A DNA stretch of 64,000 bases from an uncultured Bacillota bacterium (GCA_949283975.1 CASDUK010000002.1:161-64160); one strand, 5' to 3'. Counted from the first letter of the stretch, positions 38,902 through 48,927 are shown. The notes: a model not told the origin generated them from the sequence alone. Program-made: numbers and translations.

Positions 38902-39627
38902 ATGGATTTATTTAAGTCTTGGCTGGTTGAAAAATATGTTGCCCATAGGGGGCTTCATGACGAACAGAGCCCAGAAAATTCGCTTTCGGCCTTTGAAAAG
39001 GCAATTGAAAATGGATATGTAATTGAACTTGATGTTCAACAAATTTCAGACGGAACTGTAATTGTTTTTCACGATTCAACGCTCTCTCGCCTAACCGGTC
39101 ATGACGGTTATGTTAAATATCTAATTAAAGAAGATCTTTCTTCCTGCTTTCTTGGAGGAACTAAAGAAACAATTCCAACTTTTCAAGAGGCGCTGGACAA
39201 AATTGCCGGGCAAACGCCAATTATAATTGAAATTAAAAATTCAGGAAAGCCGGGAAAATTAGAGAGTCAAGTTTTGGAACACCTTAAAAATTATTCCGGA
39301 GAATATGCAATTATGTCATTCAACCCATATGTTTTAAAGTGGTTTAAAGACAATGCTCCAAACATAATTCGCGGCCAACTCTCCTCCTTTTTTAAAAATG
39401 AAAAATTAAGCTTGTTAAAAAGAGTTGTTTTAAAGAAAATGCTTTTAAACAAGGTTTGCGAGCCAAATTTTATTGCATACAACGCGCAAAACCTTCCAAA
39501 CCGTTTTGTAAGAAAATATAACACTCTTCCCCTTTTAGCCTGGACAATTAGAAGTCAAGAAGAATATATGAAAGTTGTTAAATATTGCGACAACATAATT
39601 TTTGAGGGCTTTCAGCCCAAAATTTAA
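38902..39627 (+). CDS. Glycerophosphodiester phosphodiesterase
   Basis: AHRG, PENSLSAF, IELDV, VFHD, IEIK, MSFNP, AWT. Confidence 0.92.
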   Translation: MDLFKSWLVEKYVAHRGLHDEQSPENSLSAFEKAIENGYVIELDVQQISDGTVIVFHDSTLSRLTGHDGYVKYLIKEDLSSCFLGGTKETIPTFQEALDKIAGQTPIIIEIKNSGKPGKLESQVLEHLKNYSGEYAIMSFNPYVLKWFKDNAPNIIRGQLSSFFKNEKLSLLKRVVLKKMLLNKVCEPNFIAYNAQNLPNRFVRKYNTLPLLAWTIRSQEEYMKVVKYCDNIIFEGFQPKI

Positions 39628-39646
39628 ACGGCATTGCCGTTTTTTT
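39626..39646 (+). terminator. Intrinsic terminator after the GDPD gene
   Basis: ACGGC-ATT-GCCGT followed by a T-run. Confidence 0.6.
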
Positions 39647-39652
39647 GGGGTA

Positions 39653-39682
39653 TTGACAAAATACAACATTCGATGATAAAAT
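39653..39682 (+). promoter_or_regulatory. Sigma70-type promoter of the PIN-like gene
   Basis: TTGACA-18 bp-TAAAAT with TG extension. Confidence 0.6.
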
Positions 39683-39697
39683 ATTAATGAGGGTAAC

Positions 39698-40363
39698 ATG
39701 AGAAGAATTGCGGTTGATACTAATACTTTAAGCGAACTTGTTGGAATTTACAAGTTCATAAAAAAATACCGAGCTAAAGGATACGCAATGGAGGCAATTA
39801 CAACAGCCTTAATAATGAACTTCAGCCCGCTAAAATTGCCCAACGCTGTAAGTTTGTATAATGCATATAGCCTTATTGCAATTGGCAAAATAAAGTTAAT
39901 AATTCTTCCAACTGTTTTTAAAGAAGCAACTCAATATGGAGATTTTAACCCAGAACATCCAGATTATCAAAAATATTTCGATGACAGCAAAAGTAATTTA
40001 TCAGTTTTCATTCGCGATTATTGTTCAAACGGGTGTGTAAAATTCAATAAAACAGAGAAGCGACATATCGAAGAGCTAACTAAACGTTTTATGGATGGCG
40101 AGGCCTTTCATCCAAACAAGAATCCAGAAAACGCAACAAATGATGCAAGAATTATGGCAGAAACAATGTTTGCAGGAGTTGATTATCTGTTGACACTCGA
40201 CAATCACTTCTTTAATAACGAAGACAAAATAAATATTATTGCACGTGGTCTAAATCTTGAAAACAACGGCGACATTAGAAACTTTAATCCGAGTGCTAGG
40301 CCAGTCTCCCCTGGAAAAGATTTAACAGATTTACTTGAAAAAATACAAGGGTCAGAGTTTTAA
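39698..40363 (+). CDS. PIN-domain-like protein
   Basis: IAVDTN, ILPTVFKE, NDARIMAE, LLTLDNHF give the PIN acidic residue pattern. Confidence 0.65.
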   Translation: MRRIAVDTNTLSELVGIYKFIKKYRAKGYAMEAITTALIMNFSPLKLPNAVSLYNAYSLIAIGKIKLIILPTVFKEATQYGDFNPEHPDYQKYFDDSKSNLSVFIRDYCSNGCVKFNKTEKRHIEELTKRFMDGEAFHPNKNPENATNDARIMAETMFAGVDYLLTLDNHFFNNEDKINIIARGLNLENNGDIRNFNPSARPVSPGKDLTDLLEKIQGSEF

Positions 40364-41619
40364 CTCTTGCCCTTTTTTATTACAATGTTCTTTTCCTTTC
40401 CATTTTTTGAAGGAACATAGAACACTTCGTTTTTAATCTCATCCGGAAGATATTGCTGGTCGACAAATCCTCCGTAGTCATGAGGATATTTATATTTAAT
40501 CTTCTTTGTGTCATTCGTTGACGGATGATTTCTTAAATGAAAGGGAACTTCGCTGTCTGCAAATTTTTCCGCCATGCTCCCCGCTTTGTTCATTGCAATT
40601 AGAACAGAGTTTGATTTTTCTGCAGTGCAGGCATAAATTATTGCATGAGAAAGGTTTAACAACCCTTCGGGAAGGCCAAGGTTTTTAAGCGAATAAAGCG
40701 CGCAATTTGCAAGCAGAAGCGCGTTGCTGTCCGCCATTCCAATATCCTCGCTGCAATGAGCAATTAGGCGTCTTGCAATAATCAATGGGTCGCAACCGGC
40801 TTTAATCAGCCTTTGGGCGTAAAAAAGCGCTGCGTCTGGGTCGCTTCCTCTAATGCTTTTACAAAAGGCGCTTAATATGTCATAAAATTTTGTTTCATCA
40901 ACCGAAAGCGCTTTTTTTTGAATACAGTTCTCTGCAATTTCAAGATTTATGTTTACAACTCCGTTCTTATCTGGCTGGGTTGTTAAAAAGGCAAGCTCAA
41001 GGCCGTTTAACGCCGCGCGCAAATCTCCCCCGCAAACCCATGCAAAATGTTCAAGCGCCTGCTGCGTTATGTTAACCTTGCTTTTTCCAAAGCCGCGTTC
41101 GTCTTTAATTGCTCTTTTAAGCGCAAGAACAATATCTTTTTTTTCAAGTGGCTTAAACTCAAAAACCATACATCTTGAAACAATTGCCGGCGTCATGGAA
41201 TGATATGGGCTTTCGGTTGTTGTTCCAATAAAAACAATTGTTCCATCTTCAACCGCAGGCAAAATGCTGTCGCTTTGAGCTTTGCTCCATCTGTGACATT
41301 CATCTAAAAGCAAATATGTTTGTCTTGAAAAAAGACTTTTGTCCCTTCTTGCTTCATCAATTATTTTTTTAACATCGGCAACTCCGCTTGAAACTGCATT
41401 TAATTTTTTGAAAATTCCATTATCCAAATTTGCAATTATGTTTGCAAGAGTTGACTTTCCCGTTCCGGGCGGGCCAAAGAAAATTGCGCTTCCAAGCGTT
41501 CCCGCCTCAATTGCGCGCCTAAAAAGCGAACCTTTCTTTGCAATGTGTTCTTGACCAACAAATTCCTCAAATGTTCTCGGCCTAACCCTTTGGGCAAGCG
41601 GAACTCTTTTTTCTTCCAT
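40360..41619 (-). CDS. rarA: Replication-associated recombination protein A (RarA/MgsA)
   Basis: PLAQRVRP, GPPGTGKST, DECHR, SAFCKSIRGSDPDAA, SEDIGMAD, YKYPHD. Confidence 0.95.
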   Translation of the reverse strand: MEEKRVPLAQRVRPRTFEEFVGQEHIAKKGSLFRRAIEAGTLGSAIFFGPPGTGKSTLANIIANLDNGIFKKLNAVSSGVADVKKIIDEARRDKSLFSRQTYLLLDECHRWSKAQSDSILPAVEDGTIVFIGTTTESPYHSMTPAIVSRCMVFEFKPLEKKDIVLALKRAIKDERGFGKSKVNITQQALEHFAWVCGGDLRAALNGLELAFLTTQPDKNGVVNINLEIAENCIQKKALSVDETKFYDILSAFCKSIRGSDPDAALFYAQRLIKAGCDPLIIARRLIAHCSEDIGMADSNALLLANCALYSLKNLGLPEGLLNLSHAIIYACTAEKSNSVLIAMNKAGSMAEKFADSEVPFHLRNHPSTNDTKKIKYKYPHDYGGFVDQQYLPDEIKNEVFYVPSKNGKEKNIVIKKGKS

Positions 41620-41658
41620 AAAATTATTATACCACAAACTAAAATATATTTGAAATAA

Positions 41659-43047
41659 TTAAGAGATTAAAACAACGGGTTTTTTCAAACTTTGCAAATT
41701 AATAACAGAAATGTTTTTAAGCGAAAGTGATTCAATCTTTTTCCCGCCCATAAAATTGCCACAATAAATTTGCTTGTCTTCTCCATTGTAATTAAAACAA
41801 ATTTTAAAAGGAATTTGAGTCTTTGGAGAAATTAAAAGTTTTTCTCCCATAAGATTAACTCCAAAAACCTTGTTTAAAAGAAAGCTATATAAATCTGAAT
41901 AACATTTTGAGTTTGAAACAAGGGTTTTGTAATCAAGCTTTAAAAACTCTGAAATAAATTTTCTGTTTAATTCAACCTTTTTTTGTTTTAAATAATTTAT
42001 TGAATAAAACTCATCAACAAGTTTTTTTCTAAGAAAAATATTAAAAAATTCATTAAATTTCCTATTTTTCGTATAAATTTTTAAATTATATAGTTTATTT
42101 TTATTAATTTTATCTTCAAAAATAATTTTTTTATAATTTTCGATGTGATTTGAGTTTAAAAAAAGAAATTCAAAGTTTTTTTTAACATTAAATTCAACGC
42201 ATAAAAAACTTTTTCCAAAGTTGTTAATTTTATAGGCCTTAGAGATTTTTTGATTGGAAACAAAATTGGTTTCTTCACCAAGGGGTGAAACTATTTTAAT
42301 GTTGTTTTTATTGATATAAAAATTAAAATAAAAATTTTTCTGGGCCAAAATAATTGTAAGTTTCTCGCTTGCTTTTGGAATTATCTTGTAACTTAAATTA
42401 CCTTTGGAGTAAAACCTTTTAATTTCAACTTCGCCTGAAAAGAGAAAATCTGTTTCAGTTTTTGGCGCTTCAAAAGAATAATTTGGATTATAATTCAAAT
42501 CCAGCTTGCAAAGCTCTTCATAAAGTTTTAGGTTGATATCCAAAGGCGAAATTTGTTTTAAATTAGTTTCAAGAGTTGAATCTGAAACCAAAATTGGTTG
42601 AAAACTTGTTCTTTTCATAACCTCAAAAACAGCCTCTTCCAAAACTGTTTGCGAATATCTTAAAGAATTAAAAAGCATGGTTGGTTTAGTTAAATCAAAC
42701 CCCGCATGGCAAATTTTATTAAAATCAATTTCACAGCTAAGAAGAGTTTGGTTTAAGCTAAGCCTTCTATAAATTTTGTCAATTAAAAACTTTGTTGAAA
42801 GGCTTGTTTTAAAAAATTCCTTTCCATATAAAAATTTTGCAAAAAAGGGTCGCGATTGAACCGTTCTTTTTGGAATAACCTTTAAAAGGTTATATCTCTT
42901 TTTCGCAAAAGCCTTTTTCTTTGGCGCTTTAAAAGCGTTTCGTGCCGTCTCCCTTTCCAAAATAAAGAGAACTGCCAAAAAAAGCTGTTTTAAAAAAGCA
43001 AAAACAAAAATTAATGTTAAGCATAAAAAGAAGGAAAAAATTCCCAT
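41659..43047 (-). CDS. Hypothetical, very AT-rich protein; C-terminus faintly resembles GH94/GH65 phosphorylase tails
   Basis: Long open frame with an N-terminal hydrophobic segment; LYSFLLNKVFGVNLMGEKLLISP near the C-terminus; start uncertain. Confidence 0.5.
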   Translation of the reverse strand: MGIFSFFLCLTLIFVFAFLKQLFLAVLFILERETARNAFKAPKKKAFAKKRYNLLKVIPKRTVQSRPFFAKFLYGKEFFKTSLSTKFLIDKIYRRLSLNQTLLSCEIDFNKICHAGFDLTKPTMLFNSLRYSQTVLEEAVFEVMKRTSFQPILVSDSTLETNLKQISPLDINLKLYEELCKLDLNYNPNYSFEAPKTETDFLFSGEVEIKRFYSKGNLSYKIIPKASEKLTIILAQKNFYFNFYINKNNIKIVSPLGEETNFVSNQKISKAYKINNFGKSFLCVEFNVKKNFEFLFLNSNHIENYKKIIFEDKINKNKLYNLKIYTKNRKFNEFFNIFLRKKLVDEFYSINYLKQKKVELNRKFISEFLKLDYKTLVSNSKCYSDLYSFLLNKVFGVNLMGEKLLISPKTQIPFKICFNYNGEDKQIYCGNFMGGKKIESLSLKNISVINLQSLKKPVVLIS

Positions 43048-43321
43048 AAGAAAATTTTTTCCATATGTAGAATTATTAAACCTCTTTCTTCTCTTCCACT
43101 TCTTGCTTTTTAACAAAAGGTTTTAGCAAAAAAGAAAGAAACTTTGGCGCTTTAAAACAAAAAATTTTCATCTTTCATCCCCTTTTCTAGTTTATGTTAT
43201 GCTAAACCAAGTTTTTTTGTTACGAACAAATTAGCTACTTCTTTTATAAAATGAAATAGCGGAAAATTTTTCCGCGCCAAAAGAAAAAGTTTATAAGAAA
43301 AATTTAAGATAAAAGAAAAAT

Positions 43322-44206
43322 ATGGAAAGCAAAAGAAAAGAAATTTTAAAATTTGAAAATGTTTCATTGACATACCACACAAAATCAGACGAAATTTTGG
43401 CGCTTGAAAATGTTAATTTTAGCGTTTATGAGGGAGAATTTGTTGCAATTGTTGGCCCAAGCGGCTGCGGAAAAACAACAATTTTGAGCCTAATTTCTGG
43501 AATTCTTTCGCCTAGCAGCGGAAAAATTTTTCTAGATGGACGCGATATAACAAAAAAGCCAGAGAGCGCACAAAAAAAACTTTTAAAACTTTTTAAAAAA
43601 AAGTCAAAAGAAAAAAATAAGCAAAGTGAAATTGGATATATGTTTCAAAAAGACCATCTTTTTGATTGGCGAACAATTTGGAAAAATGTAACGCTTGGCC
43701 TAGAAGTTCAAGGAAGAAAAAACGACATAGAAACAAAGGAAAAATTAGACAACTTACTTAACAAATATGGCCTTGGGCCGTTTAAAAACAAAAAACCAAC
43801 CCAACTTTCTGGCGGAATGCGTCAGCGCGTTGCGCTTATTCGAACGCTTGCAATTAACCCAAAAATTTTGCTTTTAGACGAACCCTTCTCTGCCCTAGAT
43901 TTTCAAACCCGCCTAAGCGTTTGTGACAGCGTTTCCGAAATAATTGCAAATGAGAAAAAAACAGCGGTTTTAGTTACCCATGACATTGCCGAAGCAACAA
44001 GCATGGCCGACAGAATTATAATTCTTTCCTCTCGTCCGGGAACTGTTAAACGAATTGTTGATGTCAACCTAAAACATCTTGGCCCTCCAATTGTAAGGCG
44101 CGAAAGCGAAATTGCAAGAGGATTGTTTGATGAAATTTGGAAAGATTTAATTGTTTATAACACAGAGCCATCTTCTTCAAAGGAGAAAACAGATGAAAAA
44201 ATTTAA
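43322..44206 (+). CDS. ABC transporter ATP-binding protein, NitT/TauT family
   Basis: GPSGCGKT, YMFQKDHL, LSGGMRQR, LLDEPFSALD, VTHD. Confidence 0.92.
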   Translation: MESKRKEILKFENVSLTYHTKSDEILALENVNFSVYEGEFVAIVGPSGCGKTTILSLISGILSPSSGKIFLDGRDITKKPESAQKKLLKLFKKKSKEKNKQSEIGYMFQKDHLFDWRTIWKNVTLGLEVQGRKNDIETKEKLDNLLNKYGLGPFKNKKPTQLSGGMRQRVALIRTLAINPKILLLDEPFSALDFQTRLSVCDSVSEIIANEKKTAVLVTHDIAEATSMADRIIILSSRPGTVKRIVDVNLKHLGPPIVRRESEIARGLFDEIWKDLIVYNTEPSSSKEKTDEKI

Positions 44207-45017
44207 ATTTTTTAAAAGAGAAAAAAGCGTTAATTATTCTAAAGAACACCAAATTTATGTTAGGAAATTGACAAAAGAAAAGTGGATAATTCGTTTGATT
44301 CAAGTTTTAATTCTTGTTGCTTTCTTTGTTTTGTGGGAAGTTTTAACAATGTTTGGCGTTTTAGATCCGTTTTTCATAAGCTCTCCCTCAAGAATGATTG
44401 CAACAATTGAAGACCTTTATGTTTCGGGCGAACTTTTCCTCCACATTGGAACAACGCTTTATGAAACCGTTATTGGTTTTGTTTTAGCAACGGCAATTGG
44501 ATATTTAATTGCTGTGATATTATGGTGGAGTGAAAGGCTTAGAAGAATTTTCGACCCATACATTGTTGTTTTAAACAGCCTTCCAAAAATTGCCCTTGGG
44601 CCGCTTATCATAATTTGGTTTGGCGCTGGAACAACGGCCATAATTGTAATGTGCATATTAATTTGTGTAATTATAACAACATTAAGCTTGCTTGGTTCCT
44701 TTCTTTCCTGCGACAAGGACAAAATTCTTTTAATGAAGTCAATGAATGCAAAAAAATATCAAATTTTCTTTAAATTGATTGTTCCAAATTCAATGGTCGA
44801 TTTTATTTCTGTTCTAAAAATAAATGTTGGAATGAGCTGGGTTGGCTCAATTATGGGCGAATATTTAGTTTCGAAGGCGGGTCTTGGCTATTTAATTGTC
44901 TATGGCGGAACTGTTTTCAAACTTGATTTAGTTATGACAAGCACGGTTATTCTCTGTCTTCTTGCTGGTTTGATGTATTTTATCGTTGCCCGAATTGAAG
45001 CCCATTTTAAAAGATAA
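44193..45017 (+). CDS. ABC transporter permease, NitT/TauT family
   Basis: SSPS, LNSLPKIALGPL, MGEYL...GLGYLI. Confidence 0.9.
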   Translation: MKKFKFFKREKSVNYSKEHQIYVRKLTKEKWIIRLIQVLILVAFFVLWEVLTMFGVLDPFFISSPSRMIATIEDLYVSGELFLHIGTTLYETVIGFVLATAIGYLIAVILWWSERLRRIFDPYIVVLNSLPKIALGPLIIIWFGAGTTAIIVMCILICVIITTLSLLGSFLSCDKDKILLMKSMNAKKYQIFFKLIVPNSMVDFISVLKINVGMSWVGSIMGEYLVSKAGLGYLIVYGGTVFKLDLVMTSTVILCLLAGLMYFIVARIEAHFKR

Positions 45018-46019
45018 ATCTTTTAAATAGAACATCATAACAAAGCCAAATGCGCCAATTATTGGATAGAAATATTTTACAATATCTCCAAAGCCAATTA
45101 AACTAATTAAAAAGAAAAGCAGTCCACTCGAAAGTGTTATAAGAGCCTTTTTTGTTTTGCCAAACCGTGAAAAAGCAATCTCAACAAAGGAATATTGCGT
45201 TGTTAGAAGCGTTGTTACAATGCTTAAAATCATTACAAAAGAAAAACAAATTCCCGCCGGATTTCCAATTAAATAGGCCATGTAAACAAGCGGAAGGTCT
45301 GCATATAAAATTGCCTCGTCAATTACAAGAATTGATGCAATAATTAGGCCAATTATAATTGTTAAAATTCCTCCAACAACAAAGGAAACAATTTTTGTTT
45401 GCCTTTTGTTTAATTTAAATCCAACATCAAACAAAATTCTGTTTGATGTAACTAAATTACAACAGCAATAGCTAACACAACTTAAACCTAAAAGGCCAAC
45501 TGTTGGAAGATCTGTTGAAAGCGCGGGCGCGGAGAGAGGGGAAATTGTTAAACATTTTATGCAAATATAAATAATTCCAACAACTATAAACGGAACAAGG
45601 TATATGCTTAAATTTAAAAGTGCTCTAAGGCCAAAGAAAATAACAACCGTTGAAACAAAAACCAAAACAAGGCTGTAAATTGGAAAATTAAACTGGTGGA
45701 AATGGGCGTTGCAAAGTTGGTTAACGCCGGCTAACATTGCAGAACCAATTATTGCTAAAAACAAAATTGAACAATAATCAAAAACTTTAATTGCTCTTGG
45801 GCTATTTTTAAAATCTGGACTGTAATAAACCTTTCCAAAACTTAAAAACTGGTTAGCCCCAAGGAAAAAAAGCAGAAACAAAGCAATTAAAAAGAACATG
45901 CTAACAAAGCCATATTGCGCAAAAAAAACAACAATTTCTTGGCCAGAGGCAAGACCTGCCCCAACAATTGCCCCAACAACTAAAAGCGAAAATTTTAGGG
46001 CAACAAAAAATTCTTTCAT
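44928..46019 (-). CDS. YkvI-family membrane protein
   Basis: GAIVGAGLASGQEI..FF, about 10 TM helices, GF..IV..FYPIIG. Confidence 0.82.
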   Translation of the reverse strand: MKEFFVALKFSLLVVGAIVGAGLASGQEIVVFFAQYGFVSMFFLIALFLLFFLGANQFLSFGKVYYSPDFKNSPRAIKVFDYCSILFLAIIGSAMLAGVNQLCNAHFHQFNFPIYSLVLVFVSTVVIFFGLRALLNLSIYLVPFIVVGIIYICIKCLTISPLSAPALSTDLPTVGLLGLSCVSYCCCNLVTSNRILFDVGFKLNKRQTKIVSFVVGGILTIIIGLIIASILVIDEAILYADLPLVYMAYLIGNPAGICFSFVMILSIVTTLLTTQYSFVEIAFSRFGKTKKALITLSSGLLFFLISLIGFGDIVKYFYPIIGAFGFVMMFYLKDLSFKMGFNSGNDKIHQTSKKTENNRACHN

Positions 46020-46094
46020 CTAAATATTTTACGATTGTGAAATTCAACATATGTTAATTTAAATAATTTTTCAAAATAAAAGCAAACTAAACCT

Positions 46095-46733
46095 ATGAGC
46101 CTAAAATTTGTTTATTATTTCGTTCTTATTCTATTGTTTGCTGGGTTTGCAGTTTGCGTAATTCCAATTCCAACCCATCAAATTGGATATGATGCTCTTT
46201 CTGAAACAGAAAAAGAACTTTACAATGATGCATACGAAACCGAAAACTCGCCTTTTTATGACGCAGAATCTAACGGCCAAGTTATAAGCGAAATTGGAAA
46301 TGTTGTAAATTTAGATTGGTTTGATGTTGTTGACAACTTTTTTACCAAATACACTCTTGTTGCAAGAGTTATTGATGTTGAAACAAAGAAATCATATTAT
46401 GTTAAAAGGGTTGGAGGCTACAACCACGCAGACGTTCAACCAATTGATTCCAAAAACACAGAAATTATGAAAAGCCTTTACAACGGTGTTTGGAGTTGGG
46501 CTCGCCGCGCGGTTTGGGTTGAAATTAACGGAACATATGTTGCCGCTTCTATAAACGGAATGCCCCACGGTTACACGCTTATTGAGGGCAACAACATGGA
46601 CGGCCACACTTGCATCCACTTTCTAAACAGCAAAACCCATGGAACAAAGCGCGTTGATGAAGCCCATCAAAACGCAGTTGCAACAGCATATGCACGAAAA
46701 GACGAGCTTTACAAGTTTTTGTTAAATAATTAA
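46095..46733 (+). CDS. Exported hypothetical protein (cell-wall-enzyme-like C-terminal domain)
   Basis: N-terminal TM; HADVQP, WSWARR, AASINGMPHG, GHTCIHF..SKTHGT. Confidence 0.65.
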   Translation: MSLKFVYYFVLILLFAGFAVCVIPIPTHQIGYDALSETEKELYNDAYETENSPFYDAESNGQVISEIGNVVNLDWFDVVDNFFTKYTLVARVIDVETKKSYYVKRVGGYNHADVQPIDSKNTEIMKSLYNGVWSWARRAVWVEINGTYVAASINGMPHGYTLIEGNNMDGHTCIHFLNSKTHGTKRVDEAHQNAVATAYARKDELYKFLLNN

Positions 46734-46751
46734 AGCCACAAAATTGTGGCC

Positions 46752-47750
46752 TTAAAAATTATCAATAATTTCTAAAAGTAATTTTTTGTTTGAAAGAAGT
46801 TTTCCCGCCGCAATCAGCGGCGCGTTGTCGCCGTCTGGAATTACATTAACTTTAATTTGAAGTTTCTTTGCCAAAAACTTTGAAAGCCCCAAAATTGATG
46901 AAAGCCCGCCCGAAACAAAAATTCCCTCCTGTGCAACATCGCCCGAAACTTCTGGCGGACAAACATTTAATGTTGTTTCAATTGCCGAAATAATGTTATC
47001 CATAAAAGTTTGTAGCATTGGAAAGATTTCTTCGCTTGAAACAACAATTTGTTTTGGCTTTCCGCTCGCCTCGTCAATTCCAATTACACTTGAGGTTCTA
47101 ACATCTCCCTCAACCAACGTTGCAATTTCTTCTTTAAGCCGCTTTGCGCTTGCAATGCTAATTTCAACCTTGTGTTTCTTTGAAATGTATTGCGCAATTT
47201 CAATATCTAAATATCTTCCGCCAAGTTCAATTGAACAGCCCTTTAAAATTGAATTCATGTTAATTGCTGCAACATCTGTTAGCGTTCCGCCAATGTGGAC
47301 GCAAAGCTTTGTTTTGCTCTGCTCAACTTCGCCCGTTGCATATGCGCTGCAAACAACAGTTGGAATTAAGCAAACTTTTCCAATTCCGGCAATTTTTGCT
47401 GCGCGAGCATAGTCTTTTTTTGCCTCATCTGAAATTCCTGTTGGAACTAAAATAATTGCACTTTCCTTTGGAAATTTCCTTAGTTCAACTTTTCTAAAAA
47501 AATATTTAAGCATTTCCGCCGTGTAATCAAGGCTTTTAACTTCTCCGCAAACAACAGGGCTAAAAATGTAAGTTGAATCGTTTGTTTTTCCCTGAAGTTT
47601 TTCTGCGTCAAACCCAATTGCTTTAATTTCATATTGCTGGCCAACATTCGCTGCGCAAACCAGGCTTGGCTCTTTTAAAACAAGCCCTTGCCCTCTTCTG
47701 TAAATAAGCGTGTTAACTCCGCCAAATTCAATTGCTAAATTAAAAGCCAT
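46752..47750 (-). CDS. Divergent MreB/Mbl-like actin-fold protein
   Basis: LVLKEPS.V, VPTG, GG..LD..I, A.RLK.EI, PPEVSGD...GIFVSGG. Confidence 0.82.
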   Translation of the reverse strand: MAFNLAIEFGGVNTLIYRRGQGLVLKEPSLVCAANVGQQYEIKAIGFDAEKLQGKTNDSTYIFSPVVCGEVKSLDYTAEMLKYFFRKVELRKFPKESAIILVPTGISDEAKKDYARAAKIAGIGKVCLIPTVVCSAYATGEVEQSKTKLCVHIGGTLTDVAAINMNSILKGCSIELGGRYLDIEIAQYISKKHKVEISIASAKRLKEEIATLVEGDVRTSSVIGIDEASGKPKQIVVSSEEIFPMLQTFMDNIISAIETTLNVCPPEVSGDVAQEGIFVSGGLSSILGLSKFLAKKLQIKVNVIPDGDNAPLIAAGKLLSNKKLLLEIIDNF

Positions 47751-47751
47751 G

Positions 47752-48927
47752 TTAATTTATTATTGCCAGTTCGACAATATTTCCTCCTCTGTTAACTTTA
47801 AATATTGCGTTTTGAGCGTAAAGCAAGTTTAGTCTTGCATATCTAAACGAATTATTATCCCAAACTTCAAAGGTTTCTGTTCCATCGGCAGTTTGAATTT
47901 TAACTTCAACTATAACATCTCCAACTTGAAGGCCGCTGATAAGACACGAATTTTCAATTCCAGTTACATAAAGCCCTTCTTCTTCAAAACCAACAGAGGT
48001 TTGAGACATGCTATCTAAAACAGAGTCCGTTCCGGTGAACCCAAGAACAATTTCCTCTGTTTTTGAGCCTGATTCATAGTAATTTTCAACAACTTTGTCC
48101 AAAACGGCAATTGCCGGATAGATTGAAACAGCAAAGAAAAGAGAGTTTGCATCGTCATCTCCAAGCGTGTTTAACCCAATTACATTTCCGTCCATGTCAA
48201 TTAGCGCCCCGCCGCTGTTGCCGTGGTTAATTGATGCATTGTGTTGAATTAGATGTTCATACACATTAGTTTCCGAAGTTGCAACTCTCAATATAGTTGA
48301 AGAAATGTCTCCAATTGTTGCTGAGGCATGATAGGATTTTTGATTTCCAACAGTTATAACCTGCTCTAAAACCCCAATCCTCTCCTCATCGCTGCAATAA
48401 ATTGTTCTATCTTTAAGTTTTGCAGCCGGAAGAGAGGCAAATTCCTCGCAAATTATAATTGCCATGTCGAAAACAGAGTTTTCCCACAAAATTTCAGCTG
48501 GATAATATGTTTCACCTCCATCTTGGCTAACATAGCATTGATAATAAACATTTGTTGCGCCATAGGAAACAGGGTCTGCCAAAACATCTTCAATAACATG
48601 ATAGTTCGTTAAAATAAAACCGCCGGTGTGAACAACAAATCCACTTCCATAGCTTGATAGTTCCATAGATTTAGAACTTCCATCATTTATTTCCGTTACT
48701 TGATATATTAAAACAGTAAAAGAAATATCAATATATTTTTGTGCAATTTCAGAAGCAGTGCTCCCCTCTTCAACCGTTATTGGCGTGTTTTCTTGATATT
48801 GCGAAACATGCTGAGAATTTCCGCCTGTTATTGTTGAAGAAACAGGGCCAAATATTTCGCATCCGCTAAAAGCAAAAACGCAACAAATTAAAAATGCAAA
48901 AACACTTAAAATTCTGGCCTTTTCCAT
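47752..48927 (-). CDS. Trypsin-like S1C (HtrA-like) serine protease, probable lipoprotein
   Basis: Lipobox FSGC; GSGF, TNYHV, DMA, INHGNSGGAL; degenerate PDZ-like tail. Confidence 0.88.
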   Translation of the reverse strand: MEKARILSVFAFLICCVFAFSGCEIFGPVSSTITGGNSQHVSQYQENTPITVEEGSTASEIAQKYIDISFTVLIYQVTEINDGSSKSMELSSYGSGFVVHTGGFILTNYHVIEDVLADPVSYGATNVYYQCYVSQDGGETYYPAEILWENSVFDMAIIICEEFASLPAAKLKDRTIYCSDEERIGVLEQVITVGNQKSYHASATIGDISSTILRVATSETNVYEHLIQHNASINHGNSGGALIDMDGNVIGLNTLGDDDANSLFFAVSIYPAIAVLDKVVENYYESGSKTEEIVLGFTGTDSVLDSMSQTSVGFEEEGLYVTGIENSCLISGLQVGDVIVEVKIQTADGTETFEVWDNNSFRYARLNLLYAQNAIFKVNRGGNIVELAIIN

